DNA of 64,000 nt from an uncultured Eubacteriales bacterium (lineage in GTDB: Bacteria; Bacillota; Clostridia; Lachnospirales; CAG-274). Shown here piece after piece: positions 1 to 10,305 of the stretch. Under the pieces are notes generated by a model. The model was not told the origin of the DNA, did no database searches, and saw nothing but the letters and a program-made list of their open reading frames with translations. Made by a program: the position numbers and the translations under genes. Positions within the stretch are counted from its first letter, which is position 1, and each line of letters opens with the position of its first letter. The stretch covers positions 108,554-172,553 of the forward strand of contig CABREJ010000004.1 in the NCBI GenBank assembly GCA_902469905.1. Direction: 5' to 3'.

Positions 1-2551
1 AGATATTATTATTTTTGTAATACTTTTCTAAATAATTATAATATTTATCTGAAATTTTCTTTTCTTCAACTTCTTTTTTAACCCAGTCTTTCAAATCACA
101 TTGCATAATGTAATGATAAAGCTGAAAATAAGATGTAAATGTTCCTATATCATTCACATATTTTGTAGCATTTTTTATTGAATTTAAGTGGGCTATATTA
201 TTTCTATACCTAACAAATACATTAAAATTCTTATTAATTTTACTATAAATTTTCATATTTTTTTGTATATATTGATTTTTTTTACTTGTATATTCACCAA
301 AAAAATCATTTTGTAATAAATATTTAGTAAACAAAAAATATTGAGCAGGTTGTAACGGTTTATCTGGTTTAATTTTGTAAAGCTTTTCAGGTTGTTCAGG
401 TTTTAATTTTTCGTATAATTCAGTCTTATAAAGCTCTGAATCTCTCTCAATACAATGTACTGCAATAACATATCTTGAATTAACATTTACTAAATTTTTA
501 GTAAGAATGTAAAGAATAGTCAAATAAAGAGTAACTATTGCCTGTTTTTTAGCTTTATCTTCTTTCTCTTCTTTGCTTTTTGCTCTTTGCTTTACATTTA
601 AAAAGTCGCTATAGTCAATGCCAGTAATTATTTCAGAAAGCTCTCTGACCCATTCAGTTTTGCCTATTCCGTCACTTAATCCACAAGATTTATAATACCT
701 TTCAAGCTGTTTATCAGGCAAAGTACCAAGCACAAATTTTATAACATTTGTATTTGAGGCAAATTTTCTAACATTTGTAGGATTACTATATTTTATTAAA
801 TAAATAAATCTATTTGACTTGATAACATTTTTAATAATAAAATTTCTAAAATCTTTTTTTGCGTTTTTATTATCCTTTTGATAAATATAAGTATTAAAAA
901 TGACATCTATATTACTATTTTCAATGCTGGAATCTTTCATAAGTATGCTAATAGCATCTTTATACATTTCCTTTTCCACATTTTTATTGTCCAAAGGTCT
1001 TTTCATACGAGCAAAACTATGAATTTCTTTTAATCTTAAACAAATATCTTTGCTTTCATTAAAAAACTTGTATTCTTCCATAAATTCACACTTTAGGCTC
1101 ATTTCTTCCATAACCTCAATAAAACTTCTTATATTATCAAACTTATTTATAAGTGTTGTCAAAAGGTCATTTATTTCTTTTCCATCTAAAAATAAAGTGA
1201 CAAAATACATCAATTTGCAGAAATAATCAGCATTATCTTCTAATTTTTGTTCACCTATTTTTTCAAATTCAACCCCATTCCAATTTGTAATATCATTATC
1301 TTGACTAAATATTCTTCTATTAGATAATAACTTTGTCAAGGCTTTAATTTGTCTATTTAGCTTTTTCCAAACCCAATCTGCCTCAGCCTTATATATATCA
1401 TCTTTTTTATAGTCATATATAGCCCCACGCAATTTACTTACAATATCATCTATTCTATCCTTTTCCTTGTTTACATATAAATCATATATAATAAAATCAA
1501 TAAGTGTAAATAACTTTGAACGCACTGAGTCATATCCCTGTTCTTTTATATAGCTTGCATAATCAATATCAAGTATATATTCTCTTATTTTCTTAATAGA
1601 AAATCCCATATTTTTATGATTTTTAGATATAAGGAAATTGTAATAGTCCTGTACTAATTTATTTTTATCTAATTTTAAATCATTACATAATATTTGAATA
1701 TTAACTTTGTTTTTTTCTATAAAATTTCCATTTATATCTTCAATTTTTTCATTATAAAAGCTATCTAAAGTTGATTTAAATTCATTATGTAATTGGCTTA
1801 GGTTATATAACCAAGAATTAGAAATTTGCTCTACACCTTCAAATTTAGCTCCTTTAAAATGAAAACAAAATTGTCTTAAACTGCCCAATAAGCAGAGCAT
1901 ATCAAAAATATCTTTTTTATCTTTTAATTCATTTTTATTCTTATAAAAAACATTTCCAAAATATCCTAATCTATTTCCGTTTTCTATAAATTTATCTATA
2001 TTTTCATTTTGTTTTACTAAATTTTTATTAATAAAGTCCTCATAGCTATTTAGTGTTGATGCATAACCTATTAAGTCCTTTTCATCATCACTATTATCTC
2101 TTTCAAGATTGCCTAAGGCATATACAATATTGTTGACATACACTGACAATATTTTTTCAATATCAAGTATGTTATATATTAGCTGAATATGAATATTATC
2201 ATTAAAGTTTTCATTAAAAAATACTTTTTCTAATTTATCTTTACGCTGAATTAAATCCATACCCATTCGTTTTTGAGATACTTGAGTATTTGCATATTGT
2301 TTCTTTTTATTAATAGTATTGATTCCTCTCTTGGTACCTACTACATTAATTATGCCAGTTTCTTTTTCAACACCTACAACATCATAGACCGGCTTATCTA
2401 TATTAATATTTTGAACTTCATTGTTTTTAATTATCTTTTCAACAACAGCATCATTTCCTCTACCAAATGATGTCATTATTACATCATCATCTTTTAAAAA
2501 AGCTGACTTAACCCCTAATGCCTTTGCTCGTGATTTTCTTTTTTCAGTCAT
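1..2551 (-). CDS. cas13d: Cas13d (type VI-D CRISPR effector), C-terminus beyond window start; ORF-track missed it because no in-window stop
   Basis: Own translation from ATG at 2551 (RBS GGAGTG upstream) gives MTEKRKSRAKALGVKSAFLKDDD... continuous to window edge; recognisable Cas13d blocks: HEPN1 RxxxxH (LRQFCFH), KLMYFVTLFLDGKEINDLLTTLINKFDNIRSF (near-identical to RfxCas13d from memory), HEPN2 RNNIAHLN then SYFQLYHYIMQ near position ~150. Confidence 0.85.
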   Translation of the reverse strand, partial: MTEKRKSRAKALGVKSAFLKDDDVIMTSFGRGNDAVVEKIIKNNEVQNINIDKPVYDVVGVEKETGIINVVGTKRGINTINKKKQYANTQVSQKRMGMDLIQRKDKLEKVFFNENFNDNIHIQLIYNILDIEKILSVYVNNIVYALGNLERDNSDDEKDLIGYASTLNSYEDFINKNLVKQNENIDKFIENGNRLGYFGNVFYKNKNELKDKKDIFDMLCLLGSLRQFCFHFKGAKFEGVEQISNSWLYNLSQLHNEFKSTLDSFYNEKIEDINGNFIEKNKVNIQILCNDLKLDKNKLVQDYYNFLISKNHKNMGFSIKKIREYILDIDYASYIKEQGYDSVRSKLFTLIDFIIYDLYVNKEKDRIDDIVSKLRGAIYDYKKDDIYKAEADWVWKKLNRQIKALTKLLSNRRIFSQDNDITNWNGVEFEKIGEQKLEDNADYFCKLMYFVTLFLDGKEINDLLTTLINKFDNIRSFIEVMEEMSLKCEFMEEYKFFNESKDICLRLKEIHSFARMKRPLDNKNVEKEMYKDAISILMKDSSIENSNIDVIFNTYIYQKDNKNAKKDFRNFIIKNVIKSNRFIYLIKYSNPTNVRKFASNTNVIKFVLGTLPDKQLERYYKSCGLSDGIGKTEWVRELSEIITGIDYSDFLNVKQRAKSKEEKEDKAKKQAIVTLYLTILYILTKNLVNVNSRYVIAVHCIERDSELYKTELYEKLKPEQPEKLYKIKPDKPLQPAQYFLFTKYLLQNDFFGEYTSKKNQYIQKNMKIYSKINKNFNVFVRYRNNIAHLNSIKNATKYVNDIGTFTSYFQLYHYIMQCDLKDWVKKEVEEKKISDKYYNYLEKYYKNNNI

Positions 2552-2830
2552 TATAATCACTCCTCTACTTCCCATTATATTTTATACATAACACCTTCAA
2601 CATTAATTTCGTCATAAAACATTTATTATTACTATTTAATTGTATTTTAATACATTTTATCAATTATTTCAATATATTTTTTGTTTTTTCAAGTTTTTAT
2701 TTACATATCAAACAGTCAACATATTAACTAATTTTTTGCACAAAAAAAGAGCCTAAAAAAGCTCATTTTTTCTAATTCCAATTATATGACAAGTCATCTT
2801 CAACCTCAATAGAAACGGTTTGTCTGTATA

Positions 2831-2933
2831 GAACTACACCCATGCTATTTAACAAGGGTGTAGTTCTTATCAACTACATCAGATTAAAGAGGGTTGAGTT
2901 TTAGACCCATGTTATTTAACAAGGGTGTAGTTC
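2831..2933 (-). CRISPR. Mini CRISPR array: canonical 36-nt DR (2898-2933), 31-nt spacer (2867-2897), degenerate terminal DR (2831-2866); transcribed toward cas13d
   Basis: Minus-strand DR GAACTACACCCTTGTTAAATAACATGGGTCTAAAAC has the Cas13d-type ends GAACTACACCC...GGGTCTAAAAC; second copy GAACTACACCCTTGTTAAATAGCATGGGTGTAGTTC differs in last 8 nt. Confidence 0.75.
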
Positions 2934-3077
2934 CTCAAACTGCACAAAGGACAGCTTGAATTAATTAAATTATATATCACTTTTTAACAGAAGTCAACAT
3001 TTTTTAGCATCAACTAAACAATTTAAGTTTTGTTAAGTTTTTTCTTTTCAATATTCACCCACTACTGTTTTAAATAA

Positions 3078-3100
3078 GGACGAGCAATACTCGCCCCTAC
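3078..3100. repeat. Degenerate member of dispersed palindromic GGACGAGC-loop-GCTCGCCCCTAC repeat family, in CRISPR leader-side region
   Basis: aataaggacgagcaatactcgcccctacaat matches 30450-30474 copy. Confidence 0.5.
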
Positions 3101-3120
3101 AATATTAATATACATACAAA

Positions 3121-3155
3121 AGACTGCTGCAATTGCAACAGTCTTTTACTTTAAA
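3121..3155. terminator. Hairpin terminator between array region and pgi 3' end
   Basis: aagactgctgcaattgcaacagtctttt stem-loop with T-tract; RC has T-tract too. Confidence 0.5.
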
Positions 3156-3163
3156 CATTTTTA

Positions 3164-4504
3164 TTATTTTAATCTAGCCTCAAGTTCAGCCTTTCTTTCT
3201 TCATATCCAGGCTTACCTAAAAGAGCAAACATATTCTTCTTATAAGCCTCAACACCTGGCTGGTCAAATGGATTAACACCTAACATATAGCCACTAATAG
3301 CAAGAGCCTTTTCAAAGAAATAAACAAGCTGACCAAAATGATAAGCATCAGCCTTTTCAATTTCAATAACCATAGTAGGTACGCCACCGTCAATATGAGC
3401 AAGATATGTACCACCATAAGCCTTAGAATTAACATACTGAATACTCTTGTCAGCAAGGAAATTAAGACCATCAAGATTTTCAGCATCAGCCTCAATCACA
3501 ATATCCTTCTTAGCCTTATCAACCCACAAAACAGTTTCAAAAAGGTTTCTTGAGCCGTCCTGAATAAACTGACCAATAGAATGTAAATCAGTTGAGAAAT
3601 TAGCACTTACAGGGAAAATACCTTTCTGGTCCTTACCCTCTGACTCAGCATAAAGCTGCTTGTACCACTCGCCAAACATAGTAAGAGAAGGCTCATAGTT
3701 TGCAAGTATTTCAATAGCCTTGCCCTTTCTATATAATATATTTCTTAAAGCTGCATACTTTAAGCAATCATTATTCATAAGGTCATCATTTTTGTACTGA
3801 GTTGCAGCATCAGCAGCACCCTGCATAACAGCATCAACATCAATGCCAGCAGCAGCCATAAGAAGAATACCTACAGGAGTAAGTACAGAAAATCTACCGC
3901 CAATGTCATCAGTAATTACAAATGTTTCATAACCTTCCTTGTCAGCAAGGGACTTCAAAGCACCTCTTGCCTTGTCAGTTGTTGCAAAAATTCTTTCCTT
4001 AGCACCCTCTTTGCCGTACTTATCTTCAATCATCTTTTTGAAAATTCTAAAAGCAATAGCTGGTTCAGTAGTTGTACCAGACTTAGAAATAACATTAATA
4101 GAAAAATCTCTATCCCCAATCATTTCAATAATGTCACTTAAATAATCTGAACTAATGCTGTTACCAACAAAATAAATATCAGGTAAACCTGGGTGCTTTT
4201 TGTTGTTGTAATTATTGCCGTTAATAAAGTCAAGAGCAGCTCTGCCACCAAGATAAGAGCCACCAATACCAATAACAACAAGAACTTCACTATTAGACTG
4301 AATTTTCTTAGCAGCAGCCTTCATTCTAGCAAATTCTTCCTTGTCATAGTCAAAAGGAAGATTAACCCAGCCAATAAAGTCGTTGCCAGCCCCCTTGCCA
4401 GAATATAAAAGCTCACTAGCCATTTTAACAGCAGGTTCAATCTTAGGAAGTTCGTCCTCTCTAACAAAATTGTTTACACCGTTTAATTTTAATGTAATGC
4501 CCAT
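3164..4504 (-). CDS. pgi: Glucose-6-phosphate isomerase
   Basis: 446 aa, typical Firmicutes-size PGI, conserved GIGGS/LGG motifs region recognisable. Confidence 0.9.
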   Translation of the reverse strand: MGITLKLNGVNNFVREDELPKIEPAVKMASELLYSGKGAGNDFIGWVNLPFDYDKEEFARMKAAAKKIQSNSEVLVVIGIGGSYLGGRAALDFINGNNYNNKKHPGLPDIYFVGNSISSDYLSDIIEMIGDRDFSINVISKSGTTTEPAIAFRIFKKMIEDKYGKEGAKERIFATTDKARGALKSLADKEGYETFVITDDIGGRFSVLTPVGILLMAAAGIDVDAVMQGAADAATQYKNDDLMNNDCLKYAALRNILYRKGKAIEILANYEPSLTMFGEWYKQLYAESEGKDQKGIFPVSANFSTDLHSIGQFIQDGSRNLFETVLWVDKAKKDIVIEADAENLDGLNFLADKSIQYVNSKAYGGTYLAHIDGGVPTMVIEIEKADAYHFGQLVYFFEKALAISGYMLGVNPFDQPGVEAYKKNMFALLGKPGYEERKAELEARLK

Positions 4505-4652
4505 TTTATGTATACCTCCATTATATAATTTATTTACTTAATACAAGTATACCACAGCTTAGCAATATTTTCCATACATTTTTAACAATTTTTATAAGTT
4601 TTTTATCAAATATTTATACAATTTTTGCAAATATGTGTATTATTTTGTCATT

Positions 4653-5315
4653 TTATCTGTTATTTTCTCTTTCCATCTTGCTATAAACACAGCCACAATA
4701 GTCCTGTCTGTATAAATTATATAACCTTGATAGTTCTATTGACCTTTTGTAACCGTTCTTCTTTTTAAAGTCAGATATTAAATATTCCACACCATATTCC
4801 TTGCCAAGGCGTGTACCAATTTCATTTAACCAGTCTGCATTTTTATATGGACTAATAGATAGTGATGTTGTGTAATAGTCAAACTTGTTTTGTGAGGCAT
4901 AAATGGCAGCCTCTTTCAATCTTAACTCATAACAGCTATAACATCTTTCCCCGCCCTCTGGCAAGCTCTCCCTGCCCTTTGCCATAGCATAAAAACTTTC
5001 AGGGTCATACTTGCCCTCTACAAATTTGACAGCATTGTTTAAAGGAAAGGCTTTTAAAAATTTCAATTCCTCATTTACTCTTTTTTTATACTCATCTTCA
5101 TAAGAAATATTAGGATTGTAAAAAAACACAGTAATGTCAAAATAATCATTTAAGTATTCTAATACATAAGAATTGCAAGGAGCACAACAAATATGCAAAA
5201 GCAAACTAGGTCTTTTGTTATCTTTCTTCAACTGTTCTAGCAATTTATCTAATTGTTTTTGATAATTAATTTTGTTCATATTATCACCTTTATTTACACT
5301 AAAAAACTGCCCCAT
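4653..5315 (-). CDS. queH: Epoxyqueuosine reductase QueH (DUF208)
   Basis: LLLHICCAPCNSY and C-terminal CYSCYELRL Cys motifs; ~210 aa. Confidence 0.7.
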   Translation of the reverse strand: MGQFFSVNKGDNMNKINYQKQLDKLLEQLKKDNKRPSLLLHICCAPCNSYVLEYLNDYFDITVFFYNPNISYEDEYKKRVNEELKFLKAFPLNNAVKFVEGKYDPESFYAMAKGRESLPEGGERCYSCYELRLKEAAIYASQNKFDYYTTSLSISPYKNADWLNEIGTRLGKEYGVEYLISDFKKKNGYKRSIELSRLYNLYRQDYCGCVYSKMERENNR

Positions 5316-5337
5316 ATAGGACAGTTTTTATTTTATA

Positions 5338-6741
5338 TTATACTGGATAAACCTTGTTATTTACATCAGCTAAATTTGGGTCAATACCAAACTTCTGAGC
5401 CTGTCTAAACTTAAAGAAGTCTAAAGCCTGCTGAGGGAAAAGAGCATAACTTAATACATCTTCTTCCTTCTCCTTGTAGTCCTTCATTTCAGCCTCAATC
5501 TTTTCAAGCTCTGGAGCAATATTGTCAGCTGGTCTGCAAGTAATAGGTTCTTCATCACCTATTATCTTCTTTCTTATTTCTTCAGAAATAGCAACAGGAG
5601 TTCTGCCGTACATACCTCTTACAATATCCTTAGTTTCCTTAGGAACCATTTTGTATCTTTCACCCATAAGCACATTTAAAACAGCCTGAGTACCTACAAT
5701 CTGGCTAGAAGGAGTAACAAGTGGAGGATAACCAAGGTCAGCTCTAACTCTAGGGATTTCCTTAAGAACCTCGTCATACTTATCTTCAGCCTTAGCAGCC
5801 TTTAACTGGCTAACAAGGTTAGAAAGCATACCACCAGGAACCTGATAAAGGAGAGTAGCAATATCAACAGCAAGCATCTTAGGGCTTAAAAGACCACTTT
5901 CAATAGCTTCTTCTCTAATTGGCTTAAAGTAATCTGAAATTTCCTTTAAAAGGTTTTCATCAAGACCTGTGTCATATTCAGTACCCTTTAAAGCAGCAAC
6001 CATAACTTCTGTAGCTGGCTGAGCAGTACCCATACTAAGAGGTGACATATCTGTATCAATAATATCAGCACCAGCCTCAATAGCCTTCATATAAGTCATT
6101 GATGCAACACCACTAGTATAGTGACTGTGAACCTGAATAGGAAGGTCAACTTCTTCCTTAATAGCCTTAACTAAGTCATAAGCTGGCTGAGGAAGTAAAA
6201 GACCAGCCATATCCTTAATACAAATAGAGTCAGCACCTAAATCTCTGTAAGTCTTAGCTAAATTAACATAATATTCAAGAGTATGAACATCACTTAAAGT
6301 GTAGCTAATAGCAAGCTGAGCGTGAGCACCATCTTCCTTTTTAACAGCCTTAACAGCAGTTTCAAGATTTCTTGCATCATTAAGAGCATCAAATATTCTT
6401 AAAATATCAATACCGTTTTCAATACTTTTTCTAACAAATGTATCAACAACATCATCTGCATAATGTCTGTAACCTAAAATATTCTGACCTCTTAAAAGCA
6501 TCTGAAGTTTAGTGTTTTTAAAAGCTGAACGGAACTTTCTAAGTCTTTCCCAAGGGTCTTCCTTAAGGTATCTAAGGCAAGAGTCAAAAGTAGCACCGCC
6601 CCAAACTTCCATAGCACCAAAACCAACTTTATCCATTTTATCTAAAATAGGGAGCATATCCTCTATTCTCATTCTTGTAGCAATTAATGACTGCTGACCA
6701 TCTCTTAATGTACAGTCACAAATTTTAATAGGCTTTGCCAT
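5338..6741 (-). CDS. Oxaloacetate decarboxylase alpha-like / transcarboxylase 5S-type carboxyltransferase subunit (no biotinyl domain)
   Basis: N-term KICDCTLRDGQQS pyruvate-carboxyltransferase (TIM barrel) signature. Confidence 0.8.
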   Translation of the reverse strand: MAKPIKICDCTLRDGQQSLIATRMRIEDMLPILDKMDKVGFGAMEVWGGATFDSCLRYLKEDPWERLRKFRSAFKNTKLQMLLRGQNILGYRHYADDVVDTFVRKSIENGIDILRIFDALNDARNLETAVKAVKKEDGAHAQLAISYTLSDVHTLEYYVNLAKTYRDLGADSICIKDMAGLLLPQPAYDLVKAIKEEVDLPIQVHSHYTSGVASMTYMKAIEAGADIIDTDMSPLSMGTAQPATEVMVAALKGTEYDTGLDENLLKEISDYFKPIREEAIESGLLSPKMLAVDIATLLYQVPGGMLSNLVSQLKAAKAEDKYDEVLKEIPRVRADLGYPPLVTPSSQIVGTQAVLNVLMGERYKMVPKETKDIVRGMYGRTPVAISEEIRKKIIGDEEPITCRPADNIAPELEKIEAEMKDYKEKEEDVLSYALFPQQALDFFKFRQAQKFGIDPNLADVNNKVYPV

Positions 6742-6756
6742 TTATATAACCTCCCT

Positions 6757-7983
6757 TTATCTATAAAGTGATAAGAAAATACCAGATGCAATAGCTGAAC
6801 CAATTACACCAGCAACATTAGGACCCATTGCGTGCATAAGAAGGTAGTTGTTAGGATTTTCTTCCTGACCAACCTTCTGGGCAACTCTAGCAGCCATAGG
6901 CACTGCTGAAACACCTGCCGCACCAATAAGTGGATTAACCTTACCACCTGATAACTTACACATAATCTTACCAAATACTAAACCTGCTGCAGTTGAGAAA
7001 GCAAAAGCAGCAAGACCAAGAACTAAAACCTTAATAGTTTCAAGCTGTAAGAACTGGTCTGCTCTAGTAGTAGCACCAACACTAACACCAATGAAAATAC
7101 TAATAATATACATCATAGCCTCTGATGCGTGAGTAGCAAGTTTCTGAGTTACGCCTGACTCTCTAAAAAGATTACCTAACATAAGCATACCAATAAGTGA
7201 TGCAGTATCAGGAAGAATAAGAATAACAAGCATAGCTGTAATAATAGGGAAAAGAATTTTTTCTCTTTGAGATACAGTTCTTAACTGCTCCATTTTAATC
7301 ATTCTTTCCTCTTTAGTTGTAAGAGCTTTCATAATAGGTGGCTGAATAATAGGTATAAGAGCCATATATGAATAAGCTGCAACAGTTACTCTTGATAAAA
7401 GATGAGGAGCAAGCTGTGTAGTAGTAAATATAGCAGTTGGACCATCAGCACCACCAATGATACCAATTGAGGCAGCCTCTTGAGGAGTAAAGCCTAAAGC
7501 TAAAGCACCAAGAAAGGCAGCAAAAATACCAAACTGAGCAGCAGCACCTAAAAGTAAACTCTTAGGATTAGCAATAAGAGGACCAAAGTCAGTTAAAGCA
7601 CCAACACCCATAAAAATAAGTGGAGGGAAAATACCTAACTCATCACCCTGAAAAATATACCAAAGCAAGCCACCGTTTGAAGTAGTTTCACCAGAAACCT
7701 GTGCTAAGTATGGCATCTGAGATGATGGGTCAACACCAATTACATTTATTAATTCCTTAACAGGCTCAGCCATAAGTCCACTGTTTGGCAAGTTTGCAAG
7801 GAGCATACCAAAGGAAATAGGCAAAAGCAAAAGTGGCTCAAACTTTTTAGCAATAGCAAGATACATAAAAAACAATGATACTGCTATCATAATAAGGAAT
7901 TTATAATTATCTCCAACAAAGAACTGTGCAAAGCCTGAATTGGCGAAGAAATTAAGCACAGCCTCTCTTAACATATCCAACAT
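6757..7983 (-). CDS. Na+-translocating decarboxylase beta subunit (OadB/GcdB/MmdB family)
   Basis: 408 aa polytopic membrane protein with conserved beta-subunit layout. Confidence 0.85.
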   Translation of the reverse strand: MLDMLREAVLNFFANSGFAQFFVGDNYKFLIMIAVSLFFMYLAIAKKFEPLLLLPISFGMLLANLPNSGLMAEPVKELINVIGVDPSSQMPYLAQVSGETTSNGGLLWYIFQGDELGIFPPLIFMGVGALTDFGPLIANPKSLLLGAAAQFGIFAAFLGALALGFTPQEAASIGIIGGADGPTAIFTTTQLAPHLLSRVTVAAYSYMALIPIIQPPIMKALTTKEERMIKMEQLRTVSQREKILFPIITAMLVILILPDTASLIGMLMLGNLFRESGVTQKLATHASEAMMYIISIFIGVSVGATTRADQFLQLETIKVLVLGLAAFAFSTAAGLVFGKIMCKLSGGKVNPLIGAAGVSAVPMAARVAQKVGQEENPNNYLLMHAMGPNVAGVIGSAIASGIFLSLYR

Positions 7984-8003
7984 AATTTATGCCTCCTAAG
8001 AGA

Positions 8004-8393
8004 TTATTTAGCAACAGTAATAAGTACATCACCTGAATTAACAGCCTGACCCTTAGTTACATTAATTGCTGTAACTGTACCAGCAACAGGAGTTACAATG
8101 TCGTTTTCCATCTTCATAGCCTCTAAAACAACTACAACCTGATTAGCAGCAACGCTGTCACCAACATTAACCTTAATATCTAAAATATTACCAGGCATTG
8201 GAGCAGTAACCTTTTCTCCTTCACCAGTTGCAGCAGGAGCTGAAGCCTGAGGAGCTGGAGCAGGTGTTGCTGGAGTTGCAGCAGGAGCTGAAGCCTGAGG
8301 AGCTGCTGGAGCTACAGGAGCTTGAGATGCACCTAATTCCTCAACCTGAACATCGTAAGTATTGCCATTTACTGTTATTCTATAATTTTTCAT
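8004..8393 (-). CDS. Biotin carboxyl carrier subunit
   Basis: Ala/Pro-rich linker and C-terminal EAMKMEN biotinylation motif. Confidence 0.8.
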   Translation of the reverse strand: MKNYRITVNGNTYDVQVEELGASQAPVAPAAPQASAPAATPATPAPAPQASAPAATGEGEKVTAPMPGNILDIKVNVGDSVAANQVVVVLEAMKMENDIVTPVAGTVTAINVTKGQAVNSGDVLITVAK

Positions 8394-8405
8394 TTTAAAT
8401 TCCTC

Positions 8406-8774
8406 CTATAAAATACTACCATTTTGCTGTTCGTTAATTGCTTCCTTGTTCCAAGAGCTAACTCTCTTTAATCGTCTTACAACAAGCTTATCAGGGCCAA
8501 TATTGTTGCCCTTAGCACACTCACTAGCTGCAATAGCTGCTGTAATAACTGCAATTAATTCAGCATCATCATTTACCTTAACTTCTTCTACTGCCTTAGG
8601 CTCTACAGCAGGTGTTGTATTAACAACAGGCTTTTCAACCTCTGCCTTTTTGCTACTTGCCACCTTACCAAAAATAAAGAGAACAAAAGATATAAAGATA
8701 AGCACAGCAAATACAGTACAAAAGCCTAAAATAGTAACCATTAAACCTTCAGCTAACCATTCCATATATATCAC
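8406..8774 (-). CDS. Decarboxylase gamma subunit (OadG-like)
   Basis: N-terminal single TM (LMVTILGFCTVFAVLIFISFVLF) then Ala/Glu-rich region typical of OadG. Confidence 0.6.
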   Translation of the reverse strand: MIYMEWLAEGLMVTILGFCTVFAVLIFISFVLFIFGKVASSKKAEVEKPVVNTTPAVEPKAVEEVKVNDDAELIAVITAAIAASECAKGNNIGPDKLVVRRLKRVSSWNKEAINEQQNGSIL

Positions 8775-8777
8775 CTC

Positions 8778-10157
8778 TTAGAATTCAATGCTTGCGTGCT
8801 TTTTAGCAACAGTGTTTTCTCTCTTTGTTAAAAGCATTTCAAGAGCAATTAAAATTCTCTTTCTAGTAGTTGCTGGAATAATAATACCATCAATATAACC
8901 GTCACTAGCAATCTGATAAGGAGCAGAAACCTTGTTGTACTCATTTTCGTCATAACCCATAACCTTAGTAGCAGCGTCTTTGCTTAAAAGAGCAATATTA
9001 GCTGATGGCCAAGAGTAAACAATATCTGCACCAATATGCTTAGAGTTCATAAGAAGATAAGCATTGCCAATACAATTTCTAACAATTACATTTATCTTAG
9101 GTACAGTAGCATTAGCAAAGGCAAAAGCAAGCTTAGCACTATACTTAATAATATCGCTCTGGTCATTAATGTGAAGTGTACTATAACCTTCAACATCAGT
9201 GAATGTAATTATAGGAATATTAAAAGCATCACAAATATTAATAAATTCACCAGTCTTTTTAATACCGTCAATATCAATAAGACCACAATTTGCAATTACA
9301 CCAGTTGTAATACCGTCAAGTCTAACAAAACCAGAAATAATGTTTTTAGCATAATTTTCACTAACTTCTGTAAACTTAAAGTTATCAGCAATTGATATAA
9401 TAATCTTTCTCATATCAATTTCAGTTACATTGTCTTCTGGAACTACAGTATTAAGAGCCTCATCAATTCTGTTTAAGTCATCAGTTGATGTAACAGCATT
9501 ATAGTCCTCAAGGTTGTTAGAAGGCATTAAATCAACAATTTCCTGAGCCTTAACAAAGCAATCATTGTCAGTTTCACACTCAAAGTGAGCAAGACCCTTT
9601 TGAGAAAGTGCATCTGCACCACCAATTGTTTCATAAGTTGACGCCTTACCATCTAAGCCAGCATAAACAGATGGACTTAATAAGAACATCTTAGCATTTT
9701 CCTTAGACATAATAACAAAATCAGATAAAGAAGGTAAAAAGGCACTAACGCCAATACAATCACCTAACACAATGCTAATCTGAGGAATAACACCACTAGC
9801 TGCTGCCTGACTTTTAAACATAACACCGTAAGCATCAAATGTGTCAAGACCATCTTCAAGGGCAACACCCTTAGAATCCATAATCGCTACTACAGGACAG
9901 CCCATTTTAAGAGCAAGCTCGTAAACATTAGCAATTTTATTAGCGTGCTTAGTATTAACTACACCTTCCTGAGAGAAAGCATAGACAAGCTTTCCATTAA
10001 TAGTACCGTAGCCTGTAACAACGCCGGCATCTGTATTAAATGCACCAAGCTCTACAAAGCTGTTTTCGTCAAAAAGCTTTTCAAGTCTTTCCTTAGCTAA
10101 AGAAGGAGCTTCCTGCATTTTGGCAATAAGCTCGTTGATTTCATCAAATCTGCTCAT
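8778..10157 (-). CDS. Acyl-CoA carboxyltransferase (12S / MmdA-GcdA-type alpha subunit)
   Basis: 459 aa carboxyl transferase domain architecture, operonic with beta/gamma/biotin carrier. Confidence 0.8.
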   Translation of the reverse strand: MSRFDEINELIAKMQEAPSLAKERLEKLFDENSFVELGAFNTDAGVVTGYGTINGKLVYAFSQEGVVNTKHANKIANVYELALKMGCPVVAIMDSKGVALEDGLDTFDAYGVMFKSQAAASGVIPQISIVLGDCIGVSAFLPSLSDFVIMSKENAKMFLLSPSVYAGLDGKASTYETIGGADALSQKGLAHFECETDNDCFVKAQEIVDLMPSNNLEDYNAVTSTDDLNRIDEALNTVVPEDNVTEIDMRKIIISIADNFKFTEVSENYAKNIISGFVRLDGITTGVIANCGLIDIDGIKKTGEFINICDAFNIPIITFTDVEGYSTLHINDQSDIIKYSAKLAFAFANATVPKINVIVRNCIGNAYLLMNSKHIGADIVYSWPSANIALLSKDAATKVMGYDENEYNKVSAPYQIASDGYIDGIIIPATTRKRILIALEMLLTKRENTVAKKHASIEF

Positions 10158-10305
10158 TTTACTTCTACCTCCTACAAAATTTTCAAAAAATTTCGATAAT
10201 TTACTTGTAATTATATATAATTTATTGTACTATAAAGACAAAATAATTTAAAATATTATTTATGATATACTAATTATAAGCCTTTCCCTATAAGGAGGAA
10301 TTTTA

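Noticed and set aside
2273-2470. 65-aa plus-strand ORF listed by the track
   Set aside because: It lies antisense inside the continuous cas13d reading frame and its protein is low-complexity and AT-driven, so it is spurious.
9036-9395. Antisense ORFs within confident genes (e.g. 9036..9395, 13591..13911, 46456..46845, 55023..55352, 36860..37213)
   Set aside because: They are opposite strong homology-supported genes with low-complexity translations, typical AT-rich antisense artefacts.
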